A stretch of 64,000 nt of DNA from an uncultured Gammaproteobacteria bacterium. Its GTDB lineage: Bacteria > Patescibacteriota > Patescibacteriia > Magasanikbacterales > GWA2-37-8. The position numbers were made by a program, and so were the translations under genes. Shown piece by piece: positions 10,401-20,600 of the stretch. The notes under the pieces were generated by a model that had not been told where the DNA came from, searched no databases, and saw only the letters and a program-made list of their open reading frames with translations. The DNA lies in the NCBI GenBank assembly GCA_964535515.1, contig CAZHTA010000001.1, positions 49,707 through 113,706 of the forward strand, written 5' to 3'. Each line of letters begins with the position of its first letter. Positions within the stretch are counted from its first letter, which is position 1.

Positions 10401-10864
10401 CGACCGCGAACATTCTCAGCAGTGAAGAAAACACCAGCAGAACGGATAAGTTGAGAAACAACTACACGTTCAATACCATTCACAATAAAAGTACCACGAT
10501 CAGTCATCACTGGCACATCACCTAAATAAATTTCTTGTGACTTGGTTTGATTGGTGCGCTTATTAACCATTCGCGCTGTAATACGTAATGGTGCTTCAAA
10601 GGTAACATTACGCTGACGACAAACCACTTCATCAAAACGTGGTTCGTCTAAATAGTAGTCTTCTAAATACAATTCTAAATCCCTACCAGAAAAGTCTGTG
10701 ATTGGAGACACCTCCTCAAACAATTCTTTAATACCAAATTTTAGAAACCAGCTGTAGGAGTCCTTCTGAACTTCAATCAAGTCTGGCAACGGCATAGCAT
10801 CAAGTGCAGTGGTGAAGAATTTTCTTTCCAAAGTCTTGAGCGGGAGGCGTTTAAAAAGAGACAT
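7439..10864 (-). CDS. rpoB: DNA-directed RNA polymerase beta subunit
   Basis: GDKMAGRHGNKG, GGQRFGEMEVWALEAYG, rifampicin cluster region. Confidence 0.99.
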   Translation of the reverse strand: MSLFKRLPLKTLERKFFTTALDAMPLPDLIEVQKDSYSWFLKFGIKELFEEVSPITDFSGRDLELYLEDYYLDEPRFDEVVCRQRNVTFEAPLRITARMVNKRTNQTKSQEIYLGDVPVMTDRGTFIVNGIERVVVSQLIRSAGVFFTAENVRGRRYYGAKIIPNRGAWIEVETDSNNALWIKVDRKRKVAATSLLRAFGYEDDEKMKELFKDVNNHPNIDFLDATIKKDLAKNQSEGFIEVYKRIRPGDLATADNAKSLIEAMFFNFERYDLGRVGVYKFNSKFDIPSQHEDYDKKENRVLSADKLLAVLKEVIRLNVTQEEPDDVDHLGNRRVRAVGELVQNRFRVGLARMERVAKDRMSTYDMEQVTPNRLINSRPVTSAIREFFMSSQMSQFMDQHNPLSELEHKRRLSAMGPGGLSRDRASFEVRDVHTTHYGRICPVATPEGPNIGLVNHLSSFARINEFGFIETPYRKVLREVENKPEFLEGEILRGDIEGVKDGTKITKEIAAKLAKAKLQKIPVRPRVTNEIIYLSAFKEEKVMTASAKTRTDENGYFLDEMVPARVHGNPGTAATIDLDYLDVSSSQIVSVATACIPFMEHDDGQRALMGTNMQRQAVPCIRPEPPLVGTGAEKAAAHYSGHMIIASEDGEIVEADGGHIVLKGKKGDLYTYQLNKFVRSNAATCINQHLEIKVGDKVKKGQYLTDGPSIHNGELALGQNVLVAYMVWDGFNYEDAVIFSEGLVQSDRYTSIHIEDYTIDVRETKLGPEVVTSDIPNVSEEKLKNLDSEGVVRIGAEVKSGDILVGKITPKGETELSAEERLLRAIFGEKARDVRDSSLYLEHGEHGKVIGVQVFSEEAGDKLEPGVIKQVQVKVADMRKIQVGDKMAGRHGNKGVISRVVPMADMPFLEDGTPIDIILSPLGVISRMNLGQILETHLGLAANALGYKIATPVLNGLSEDQIRDELIKAGLPVDGQVRLFDGRTGEPFDHKITVGYNYMLKLNHMVEDKIHQRSIGPYSLITQQPLGGKAQFGGQRFGEMEVWALEAYGAAHTLQEILTIKSDDVPGRSKAYEAIVKGEQISRVNIPESFNVLVRELKGLGLDVELLKRSDSGEYVVAKETVEGENKDDMQSGGPVPPPAV

Positions 10865-11245
10865 AGAGAATTAAATTATTTTTAATTTATTTATTTATTT
10901 AAAAAAAGTAGTAATTAAACAAAAAAACGGCCAAAAAAAGAGGCTTTTAGATTAAATTTCCTTATAATTTAGCCAAAACAAGCAAGGTGAGCATGATTTT
11001 TGTCTTAATGTCCTTGCACGCAGCCTTAACCGTTGGTATAGGTAAAAGCCACATTTTTCGCTTGATTAAGCAGAAAAACAGCTAATTTTTCTCCTAAATC
11101 AAGAAGCACATAGATTTTATATGATTTGTCAAGAAAAGTCAAATTTTAACGGTGGATAACTTATAAAAACAAGGAAACAATCCTTAAACGAAAAAAGATG
11201 CCTGGTTTGGAAGTTAATAAAAGCTCTCAAAATGAGAGCTTTTAT

Positions 11246-11330
11246 TGGTGGTCCGAGTGGGGATCGAACCCACATGCCTTGCGGCACAGGATTTTAAGTC
11301 CTGCGTGTATACCAGTTCCACCATCGGACC
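11246..11330 (-). tRNA. tRNA-Leu (anticodon TAA), CCA encoded
   Basis: GGTCCGA acceptor, CAGGA-CTTAAAA-TCCTG anticodon arm, long variable arm, GGTTCGATCCC, ends ACCA. Confidence 0.95.
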
Positions 11331-11402
11331 ATTCTCGCCCTGTTAGGGTAAAACCAAGAAAATATTATCACGACTACAAAAAAAATTCAATACCTTGCTT
11401 TT

Positions 11403-12068
11403 TTATTCCTTTTTTAAATAATTACTTACCATCAAAGCTTCTAACTCCTTCTTTTCTGTATCAGAAAAATCAACTGACGCTAATACAGCTGTCTTCATTT
11501 TCTCAAATTCAACCTCTTCGACTTGCACACGCATACCCTTGCTATCGCCAACAACTAATTTAAACAAATTACCTGCATTGTCTACACCCATTTTTTTCAA
11601 AATTTCTTTAAACTTTTCATTTACTGTTTCCACTATACTAATGGCATTTACTGATCCCAAATCAGAACTCCCTTCTAATTCACTCATTGGAAGATTAGTA
11701 TTTTGATTACCAAACAAAGACAAAACCACTGGCTCTCGCCAAAAAGCAACTACCCAATCCCGTACGTTGCGCTCAGGCACAGCTAATACCTCAACAAATC
11801 CGATCTGTCTTCTTGTTGCAGCACCACCATCTCTTTGTTGTTGTTGACGTTCTTCGGCAATCAAATCCGACAAGGTCGGCCCTTGGTCTAGCAACGAAGT
11901 ATTAAAACCAATTTTTTTTGGACGATTGTGTGGACCATCTGCTTCGTCGATCTCTCTAGCCGAAATACCGCGTGATAACTCACGCAGCATTGATTCACGA
12001 TACTGATCATCCCCAAGAGACCCTCTACCTAAATTAATTTCTGGAGCCCCGCCATTACCTTCTGACAT
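11403..12068 (-). CDS. Hypothetical protein
   Basis: 221-aa ORF with ATG start; no recognisable motif. Confidence 0.65.
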   Translation of the reverse strand: MSEGNGGAPEINLGRGSLGDDQYRESMLRELSRGISAREIDEADGPHNRPKKIGFNTSLLDQGPTLSDLIAEERQQQQRDGGAATRRQIGFVEVLAVPERNVRDWVVAFWREPVVLSLFGNQNTNLPMSELEGSSDLGSVNAISIVETVNEKFKEILKKMGVDNAGNLFKLVVGDSKGMRVQVEEVEFEKMKTAVLASVDFSDTEKKELEALMVSNYLKKE

Positions 12069-12078
12069 ATAAATAAAA

Positions 12079-12250
12079 ATACTTTCCTACAAAGAGCTGC
12101 GAGAAGAATTGCATGTTTTAGCTAACGAATCAAATGATGAAAACGCCTAATCCAGACAAATTAATGTAAGGAAAAAGGGAGAGAGAATGTTTTTAACATC
12201 CGATTCGGTTGAGACATCAACTCGTTCCGCAGCTCTTTAGAGAAAAGTAC
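12079..12250 (-). ncRNA. Candidate ~170-nt rod-shaped structured RNA (6S-like, or cis leader of the 11403..12068 gene)
   Basis: Sigma70-type promoter TTGACG(12282-12277)-16-TATAAT(12260-12255). Nested helices TACTTTTCT/AGGAAAGTA, AAAGAGCTGCG/CGCAGCTCTTT, GAGTTG/CAATTC, CGAATCGGATG/CATTTGATTCG. Confidence 0.55.
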
Positions 12251-12318
12251 TAACATTATATCTGGTCTACACTTACCGTCAAGAGAAGCGACCTGTTGAT
12301 AACTAAAAACAATACCCA

Positions 12319-12861
12319 CTAAATGATTTTTATTTCTTCTACCCCTTCTTGAAAATTCACCCACCGAGCGGCGGTGAATAAATAGTCACTTAAACGATTA
12401 AGATATTTATACAACTCTGGCCGAACAGTTTGTTCTTTTCCTAAAGTAACTAAAACTCGTTCAGTTCGGCGACAAATAGTACGCGCGTGATGCAAGTGCG
12501 CACCAGCCAAACATCCTCCAGGTAAAATGAAATTCTTTAACTCTGGCAAATCTTCTGAACAACTATCAATATTTTCTTCCAGTTCTTTAATTTCTTCTTC
12601 GCCGACTTTAACCAAGCCTTCCCCAACAGTAGTTTGTAATGCCGCTACCTCCGCACCCACCTTAAAAAGATCATGCTGAATTTTTACTAAAAACTCTGTT
12701 AGTAAACTACCAAACAAATGCGCTACCGCTTCACCGATTTTAGAATTGAGCTCATCAATCTCCCCTACCACCTGCAAGGTGATACAATCTTTAGTAACAC
12801 GCTCGCCGCCCAAAAGTGACGTTTCTCCGGTATCCCCGGTTTTAGTATATATTTTGATCAT
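12319..12861 (-). CDS. Cob(I)alamin adenosyltransferase, PduO type
   Basis: KIYTKTGDxGxT N-terminal motif, FILPGG, ARTICRRTER, YLNRLSDYLF; start trimmed to MIKIYTK. Confidence 0.93.
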   Translation of the reverse strand: MIKIYTKTGDTGETSLLGGERVTKDCITLQVVGEIDELNSKIGEAVAHLFGSLLTEFLVKIQHDLFKVGAEVAALQTTVGEGLVKVGEEEIKELEENIDSCSEDLPELKNFILPGGCLAGAHLHHARTICRRTERVLVTLGKEQTVRPELYKYLNRLSDYLFTAARWVNFQEGVEEIKII

Positions 12862-12985
12862 AAAAGTTGTTCTTATATCGAATAATTGAATTATATCCCA
12901 CCCTAAAACATAAATCAAACAAGATTGACAATTTGCCTAAAATAGGCTAATTTAGCTTGGGATAACTGGAAAAAGGAGGAAGAAC

Positions 12986-13051
12986 TTGAGACACGTCTTG
13001 ATGTCCGTCAAGAAGCGCGGCATGAAGTTCGGACGTCGCCGGGTGTTCTAA
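12986..13051 (+). CDS. Putative 21-aa basic microprotein MRHVLMSVKKRGMKFGRRRVF
   Basis: TTGACA(12925)-17-TAATTT promoter; AAGGAGG 6 nt before a TTG start; GC-rich codons. Confidence 0.4.
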   Translation: MRHVLMSVKKRGMKFGRRRVF

Positions 13052-13156
13052 CCCCGACTTCTACGGCTACACCATCTCATATCCCCCATGCACGCCTGCT
13101 GCACTCCCATCCTGCAGGCATTCCATTTTTATAACTACTTTGGTAATTATAAAATA

Positions 13157-13196
13157 GAATAAAAAACCACTGCTTTAAAACAGTGGTTTTTTATTC
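13157..13196. terminator. Bidirectional intrinsic terminator
   Basis: AATAAAAAACCACTG-loop-CAGTGGTTTTTTATT. Confidence 0.75.
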
Positions 13197-13367
13197 CCCT
13201 CATTCATCAAAATATTTTAATGAATAAGGGATGGGTGGTGTATGCGCCGGAAACACACACCCTTCCCCCCTAGGAAAGAACAGTAGCATTTCACACTGAA
13301 ACACGAACATTTCTCCGGCTATGTGAACGAGATTGAATGAGCGAAATTGAAGACCAGCGCGAACGCG

Positions 13368-15824
13368 CTAGGCCTGGTGTTCGTCGTTGGTGAGACGGGT
13401 CTTGACCTCGTCCCACACACCGGCGATGAACTCCACCGCGAGAACGGGGTTCCTGACGACGATATCGGCCACCATCGGATAGCGATTGCCGAGCATTTCG
13501 AGCAGGACCTCCACGACCTCGTGGTGCATCGCCAGCATCACGACCTTGCCGATGTCGACGAGACCGTCCGTGCGACCGGCAGGGATGAAGGACGGCGGCG
13601 GGATGAACACCATGGAGGGCGAAGCCACGCCATCTTCCATGCCATCCCGAGTTTCGGGCGGTTGGTCGAGAGCCGTATTGTCGGCGTCGTCATGTTGACC
13701 CACCAGCCCATCGGGGAACGGCTCAGCCGACTCGACGACCTCGTCGACACGACCTTCCGGCTCCCTCGACTCCTCCGACGAGATGTAACCGAACTGTGCC
13801 GACTGGAGTTGAGCGAACGCCTCGTCGTAGCCGCCTTCCCCGAAGAAACCGCTGTCCCGAATGACGTCGAGGGCGGCCTGGCCGCCATCGATCGTGGAGA
13901 AGCGCTCCCGAGGAATGGTCTCCCCGGTCACACTCTTCCACTCGTAGACGATCACGGTCGCACCACTTCCCTCGATCCGTTCGAGTTGCAGTCTACCGGC
14001 AGGAGTGGCCCTGATGGGCTCCGCCAGAACGGATTCCTGCTCGAGCACGGACTCGATGACCTCGGGGGTCGGATCGAGATCTTCGATCGGCGGCGCAACA
14101 CCCACGATGGGCACGACGTCGTTGGCCTCGGCGGGTGCCGCGGCCATCGCGTCGTCGTTGACCTCGATCGAAGCCGCGTTGGCGTCAACCAGGTCGACGA
14201 CCGCCTCGACGACAGACACCGGGGTTGGTGTAGCCGACGGAACGTAGGTGAACGGTTCATCGGTCCGGGGATGCTTGATGAACTTGATCTGACGATCAGC
14301 AACACCATCACCCACGAACTCCACGTAGCCCCAGTCACGAACCGTCCTGCAATATATCGAGGCCGAACAGGTCTCGTTCAGGTTCACCTTGGGACATTGC
14401 AGTCCCGAGATGCGCATGACCTCGGCGTAAGGCCCGGTGCGGCCATTCACGAGTTCGAACAGCTGAGCCAGACGCTCCTGCCGATCCATGCGAGCACCCG
14501 ACAACGCCGGCACCTTGGTCCAATCGAACTCGTCCACCACGATGGCGACGGGCTCGATGACCTCAGAGGTCGGCTCGAGCTCTTCAACCGGCGGCGCAGC
14601 ACTCACGATGGGCGCAGCGTCGTTGGTCTCGGCGAGGACGGGTTCTTCACGATCGGCACGCTTGCCCACGACCAGGCCGTCCAGATCTAGAACCATGTCG
14701 TTGGGATCACCCGCCCACACGAACTTGTCGGGATGATCCTTGTTGGGCTCGAGCGTTCCGTAACCCAAGTTCTCCATGAGGCGCAAAGCCTCACGGGCAC
14801 CACCCTTGTTGACGAAGCAGCCCACACCTTCCCAGTCGAGGCTGCCCCACGGCACATCCTTACCCTGGTAATGAGCGTAGAACTTCACGGCCACATCGAG
14901 GGGCGCGGAGAGCGACTCAGCGGGGCTATCGGCGTTGACCGCGACCGGCTCGGCCGTCGCCACGTTAGCGTCGGTCAAACCACCGCCGTTCGCCTCCGAT
15001 CCGACACCGAAGTCCTTGATGGCCATCGGATCGAGCAAGTAAATCTTGTGCTCGATCGTCAAGCTGTCCTGCACCTGCTTGTTCTGCAACTGGCAGAGGA
15101 CCATAACGGCCTCATCACCGGCCTTGATCAGCCGACTGTAGAGGCCCAGGATGTTGCTGGAGACAGCGTAGGTGGGGTGTTTGGTCGAACCCTTGTTCAC
15201 CACCCACTTGTGCCGTTCCATTTCCTTGAGCACTTCGACGACGAGGTTGCGCCTCTGCTGAACACCTTCCTGCTTGCCCAGGATCTCCTTGTACAGATCT
15301 CCCAGGCCGTGCTCGGCACCTTCGTCCAACACCTCCATAATGGCACCGAACAACTCGGCCTGTTTGGCCTTGCTCATGACTTGCCTCCCTTCTTGCGCTT
15401 TCATCCAGGCTTCTATCATCTCGCCTTTGTTCGAGACTCTCCTCTCTTGAGCAAGATCATCTTCGTCTTCTTCCGGGGCTTCACCTTTCGGCTCTACTCC
15501 GAGCGAAGCGAGGATCGTACGTGTGGTTTCACCTCCAGCCTTTTTTCGTTTTGCTTTCTCTGCTTGCCACTCACGCTCCTCGAAGACACCAGACGTGCCT
15601 TCTTCGGAGAACCCTTCACGATTCTTCCTTCCCTGCACGCAACGCCAACAACAGCTACGCTTTTTCTCCATCGCGTTTGCATCGAGGTAATCGTCGAGAC
15701 ATTGCTGCAACGACAACACCTTCCGGCGAGACTTGCACGGGAACGTGGTAGCCGCAAGTTGCGCCTCCAGCTCTGGACACCCTTCTCGATACGAAGGGGG
15801 AGCGAACGGATCACTCTTGTCCAT
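13368..15824 (-). CDS. GC-rich hypothetical protein (~818 aa): Cys-rich N-terminus, several winged-helix-like segments, acidic linkers with an internal repeat
   Basis: Long ORF; RBS AGGAGGAGGTG before ATG 15824; internal 29-codon repeat (14047-14133 / 14548-14634). Confidence 0.75.
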   Translation of the reverse strand: MDKSDPFAPPSYREGCPELEAQLAATTFPCKSRRKVLSLQQCLDDYLDANAMEKKRSCCWRCVQGRKNREGFSEEGTSGVFEEREWQAEKAKRKKAGGETTRTILASLGVEPKGEAPEEDEDDLAQERRVSNKGEMIEAWMKAQEGRQVMSKAKQAELFGAIMEVLDEGAEHGLGDLYKEILGKQEGVQQRRNLVVEVLKEMERHKWVVNKGSTKHPTYAVSSNILGLYSRLIKAGDEAVMVLCQLQNKQVQDSLTIEHKIYLLDPMAIKDFGVGSEANGGGLTDANVATAEPVAVNADSPAESLSAPLDVAVKFYAHYQGKDVPWGSLDWEGVGCFVNKGGAREALRLMENLGYGTLEPNKDHPDKFVWAGDPNDMVLDLDGLVVGKRADREEPVLAETNDAAPIVSAAPPVEELEPTSEVIEPVAIVVDEFDWTKVPALSGARMDRQERLAQLFELVNGRTGPYAEVMRISGLQCPKVNLNETCSASIYCRTVRDWGYVEFVGDGVADRQIKFIKHPRTDEPFTYVPSATPTPVSVVEAVVDLVDANAASIEVNDDAMAAAPAEANDVVPIVGVAPPIEDLDPTPEVIESVLEQESVLAEPIRATPAGRLQLERIEGSGATVIVYEWKSVTGETIPRERFSTIDGGQAALDVIRDSGFFGEGGYDEAFAQLQSAQFGYISSEESREPEGRVDEVVESAEPFPDGLVGQHDDADNTALDQPPETRDGMEDGVASPSMVFIPPPSFIPAGRTDGLVDIGKVVMLAMHHEVVEVLLEMLGNRYPMVADIVVRNPVLAVEFIAGVWDEVKTRLTNDEHQA

Positions 15825-15924
15825 CACCTCCTCCTTCTGGTTTGGGTTTCTTTCGCATACGCCTGTACGCAAACTGCGGACACCACTTACGGGGCGACCC
15901 TTTGTTTCTCACCTCCAACATCAT
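15811..15924 (-). CDS. Putative 37-aa upstream ORF overlapping the start of the 818-aa gene
   Basis: GGAGGAGGG then ATG ATG; MMLEVRNKGSPRKWCPQFAYRRMRKKPKPEGGGDGQE*. Confidence 0.3.
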   Translation of the reverse strand: MMLEVRNKGSPRKWCPQFAYRRMRKKPKPEGGGDGQE

Positions 15925-16170
15925 CCCTCCTCCCGGTGTGAAAGTTGAGTGCTAGCCTAAAACGATCGAAACCGTCTATGTTACCTTTTATATATGCAAA
16001 ACTGCCTAAGCAGTTTGTTAGGTTGGAAAAGAACTAATCGTTTCTCCTCCTTTCAGCTTTGTATTCTACATATTTAATACTAAAAGTCAACCATTCATAC
16101 TAAAACTACGCACTTCTAAAACACAAAAAAACACCGCTTTAAACGGTGGTTTTTTGTTGCTAATTTTTTA

Positions 16171-17613
16171 TCACCCCATCACATCAACATCGTGTGGCCC
16201 ACTCTCCCGCTGACCCGCTTGAGTCATACGCACAAAAGTAACATTTTCTTGCAGTTCAGAGATGGTGTGTGAATTGGTATAGCTCATACCAGATTTTAAC
16301 CCACCAACCATCTGCGAAACAATATCAATCACTGGCCCTTTGTATGGCACGAGCGATTCTACTCCTTCTGGTACTACATCATTCAAATCTTTCTTTTCCA
16401 AATTAATTGATTTACGTTTGTAACTCACTGAAAAACTCGCACTCCCCCGACACACTTTAAACTTCTTGTCCCCTCGTTTCATTAACACCCCTGGAGACTC
16501 TTCGGTACCAGCCAACATTCCACCCAACATGACTGTATCTGCACCAGCACCAAGTGCTTTTACCAAATCACCGGAACGTTGAATACCGCCATCAGCAATC
16601 ACTGGTACACCATAGCGTTTAGCCACCCTAGAAGCCTCCATAACAGCTGTTAGCTGTGGCATACCACATCCAGTGACCAAACGAGTGATACAAGTTGTCC
16701 CAGGGCCAACACCGACCTTAATCGCATCTGCTCCGGCTTCACACAAATCACGGGCGGCTGTCGCTGTCGCAATATTGCCAGCGATAATCTGTACATCTCC
16801 CGCTGCCGCTCGGATCTGTTCAATCGCTCGAAACATATGTTCTGAATGTCCATGAGCAATATCTACCACCAACGCATCTGCCCCCGCTTCAGTCAAAGCA
16901 ACTGCTCGTTCGATAAAATCACCATGCACGCCTACTGACGCTCCCACCAACAATTGACCAAACGAATCTAAATTAGCCAAAGGGTATTGTACAATATGTT
17001 TTAAGTCATCGGTGGTAATCAAACCAACAATTACATTATCCAAATCCACCAATGGCAACTTTTCAATTTTATGTTCCGCAAAAATTACCTTGGCCTCTTC
17101 GAAGGTTGTGTGTGGCTCACCCACAATTAATTTTTCTCGTGGTGTCATAACATCCTTAACCAACAAACGATCTTCATCCCCATTAGCAAACAAAAAATCA
17201 CGGCGCGACAACACGCCTAGTAATTTTCTATCACCATTTGCTACCAACAAACCCGTTACCCCAACCTCAGCAGCAAAACGTTTAACTTCAGCGACAGTTT
17301 TATCGGGAGAAATTGTATATGGATCTTCCACGATAAAATTCTGTGCCCGTTTAACCCGCTTCACCTGTTCCACATTTTCTTCAATACTCATGAAACGATG
17401 CAACACACCAAAACCCCCAATCCGCGCTAACGCGATTGCCATTTCTGCTTCAGTCACAGTATCCATATTGGCACTAACAATCGGTACGTTAATATTAATT
17501 TTTTTAGTTAGACGCGTTCGGGTATTGGCTTCACTGCGTGAACTAAAAGATGAACGTTTTGGAACAATCAAGACATCGTCATATGTTAGTGCCCACGGGA
17601 TAATATTCTCCAT
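16171..17613 (-). CDS. guaB: IMP dehydrogenase / GMP reductase family protein with CBS domains
   Basis: [35 protein letters not shown] (catalytic Cys), IADGGI; atypical flap (see findings). Confidence 0.8.
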   Translation of the reverse strand: MENIIPWALTYDDVLIVPKRSSFSSRSEANTRTRLTKKININVPIVSANMDTVTEAEMAIALARIGGFGVLHRFMSIEENVEQVKRVKRAQNFIVEDPYTISPDKTVAEVKRFAAEVGVTGLLVANGDRKLLGVLSRRDFLFANGDEDRLLVKDVMTPREKLIVGEPHTTFEEAKVIFAEHKIEKLPLVDLDNVIVGLITTDDLKHIVQYPLANLDSFGQLLVGASVGVHGDFIERAVALTEAGADALVVDIAHGHSEHMFRAIEQIRAAAGDVQIIAGNIATATAARDLCEAGADAIKVGVGPGTTCITRLVTGCGMPQLTAVMEASRVAKRYGVPVIADGGIQRSGDLVKALGAGADTVMLGGMLAGTEESPGVLMKRGDKKFKVCRGSASFSVSYKRKSINLEKKDLNDVVPEGVESLVPYKGPVIDIVSQMVGGLKSGMSYTNSHTISELQENVTFVRMTQAGQRESGPHDVDVMG

Positions 17614-17679
17614 AGTAATTAAAGATAATTAAAAATGCATTTGTTTTAAAAGCCACCCTTTTTTGGGGTGGCTCTCATT

Positions 17680-20600
17680 TTAACTACAACCAGTGGTGCT
17701 GCCACAGTTCAAACATTTGTAACAACTACCGCTGCGAATGGTAATATGCCCGCAAGTCGAGCAAGGCGGAGCATCTCCCATCATCCCAGACAACTGTTGA
17801 TCCGCACCTGAATCAGCCACTTCTTTTTTAAACAACGCCAACTGATCTTTGGTCGCTGTTTCGTCTTTCAAAATTATCTTTTCTTTTTCCACCTCACCAT
17901 CAATCTCTTCTTTTATCTCCGGCAATTCTAAAGTTTTTTGCCCAGTTGCTTCAGCCATGAGCTTGGCTAATTGCTCTGCCCGATTTTTCTGAATGCCAGT
18001 TGGTTTAACCTGAACAAAATCAGTGCGTCCTAAATATTCCATACCCAATACTCGGAAGATGAAATCAACAATCGAAGTAGAGAGTTTAATATTTGGGTGG
18101 TCAGTCATGCCGCTCGGTTCAAAACGGGTAAAAGTAAACTTATCAACATACTCTTCTAGCGGTATACCATATTGCAAACCAGTAGAGATAGAAATTGCAA
18201 ACAGATTCAATAGACTTCGGAAAGAAGCGCCCTCTTTGTACATGTCGATAAACACCTCGCCTAATTTACCATCCGGATATTCCCCAGTACGCAAGAACAA
18301 TTTCTGCCCACCTACTTTAGCCTTAATGGTTAAACCACTACGCTTGTATGGCATCTTGCGTTGTTCACCATGGATATATACTTTCCTACCATTCTCTGAT
18401 CCGTCATGAGCATAATTAACCTGCATCTGACTATCAGAGTGTGTTGGTGCAACAGCAACTGGTGCTGGGGCAATCTCTGCCGCTGCCTCAACAGCTTTTT
18501 CTTCTTTTTTATCTTCGGCTTTTTCTTTGCTCTTACTTGATAATGGTTGAGACAATTTACAACCATCGCGATAGATCGCAATTGCTTTCAAACATAATTT
18601 CCAAGAAGCATTATAAGCAATTTTGATATCTTCTTCTGTCGCTTCGTTCGGCATGTTAATAGTTTTGGAAATAGCACCAGATAAAAATGGTTGTACTGCT
18701 GCCATCATTCTAATATGACCAAGGTAATGAATGTAGCGCTCACCTTTCTTACCGTTCTTGTTGGCCGTATCAAACACCGCATAATGTTCCTGACGTAAAT
18801 GAGGTGCCCCTTCGATTGTCATCGCTCCACAAACATATTCATTAGCAATACTAACTTCTTCGCGAGTGAATCCTAGGGCCGCAAACAAATCAAAATTCTG
18901 ATCATTGTATTGTTCACTAGTAAACCCTAAACGCTTTAAGCAATCTTCACCCAAAGTCCAAACATTAAAAGCAAACGCTATTTCAAATACACCCGCTAAA
19001 CTCTTCTCAATTTTGTTAACCTCTTCTTCTTTTAAACCCTTGGCTTTTAATGATTCAAGATTAATACCTGGGCACCCTTTCAAAGTGGCCCGGCCTTTAA
19101 GATAGTTAACGACGTCGTTAATCTGTGACTCGTTGTATCCTAAAGTTTTTAAAGCCATTGGCACCGCTTCATTTACAATTTTAAAATACCCACCACCAGA
19201 AAGTTTTTTAAATTTTACCAAAGCAAAATCTGGTTCTACACCCGTAGTAGCACAATCCATGAGCAATCCAATTGTACCAGTTGGCGCAAGCAAAGTAGTT
19301 TGAGCATTGCGATAGCCATACTTCTCACCCATCTCTAATGCTTTGTTCCAACTCTCACGGGCGGCAACCAAAAGATACGCTGGAGCATATTGAGGATCAA
19401 TGGCTAATGGCTTTACTGACAATCCTTCATACTCATCTTCTGATACACCAAAAGTCGCTCGGCGATGATTACGCATTACTCTTAACATGTCTGCGCGATT
19501 TTCCTCAAACTTAACAAACGGACCATGTAACCGTGCCATCTCCGCGGAAGTAGCATAGGACTCAGCTGTCATCAAAGACGTTACACTCCCAGCAAAAGCC
19601 AACGCTGATGGTGAATCATATGGAATACCAGCGGTCATCAAAAGTGAACCAATGTTGGCATAACCTAAACCAAGAGTACGATAATCATAACTACCTTGAG
19701 CGATTTCCGCACTTGGATATTGTGCCATCAAAACACTAATCTCTAATACCACTGTCCAAAGACGAGTGGCATAAGTAAAACCAGGAATATCAAAAGTAAC
19801 AGTTTCCGAATCGTAAAAATGTGCTAGGTTTATCGAAGCTAAATTGCAGGCAGTATTATCCAAAAACATGTACTCACTGCAAGGGTTGGAACCGTTAATT
19901 GTTCCCGACTGCGGACAAGTGTGCCATTCATTAATTGTTGTATCAAATTGCAAACCTGGATCAGCACAAGCCCAAGCCGCATGTGCGATTTGATCCCACA
20001 AACTACGTGCTAACAAAGTCTTGCAAGACCGGCCATCCGTACGCCAAGTTAAATTCCAATCCGTATTACTTTCCACCGCTTCCAAGAATGCTTGATTAAC
20101 ACGCACGGAATTATTTGAATTTTGACCGGACACTGTTTGGTAGGCTTCACTTTCATAAGAAGAATCATAACCCGCTGCCACTAATGCTGCTACCTTTTTC
20201 TCTTCCATTACTTTCCAACTGATAAACTCCTCAATATCTGGGTGATCAATATTTAAAATTACCATCTTCGCAGCACGACGAGTAGTACCACCCGATTTAA
20301 TTGCACCAGCAGCACGATCCCCAATCTTTAACCAACTCATTAAACCCGAAGAAGTTCCACCACCAGATAATTTTTCTCCTTTACCACGTAGATTAGAAAA
20401 ATTAGTACCAGTACCAGAACCATATTTAAACAAACGTGCTTCACGGATCCAGAGGTCCATGATACCACCTTCATTGACCAAATCATCACGCACTGATTGA
20501 ATGAAACACGCATGCGGTTGTGGATGAGAATATGAATCAGACGCTGCTGTTAACACTCCCGTTGTTGGATCAACAAAGTGATGACCTTGAGAAGGACCGT

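Noticed and set aside
14047-14634. 87-bp imperfect direct repeat as a second TR/VR pair
   Set aside because: Both copies are in frame inside one ORF and mismatches are not adenine-specific; an ordinary intragenic duplication
13347-15941. Long plus-strand ORFs (447 aa and 402 aa)
   Set aside because: Antisense shadows of the GC-rich minus-strand gene, which has the RBS and a sensible composition
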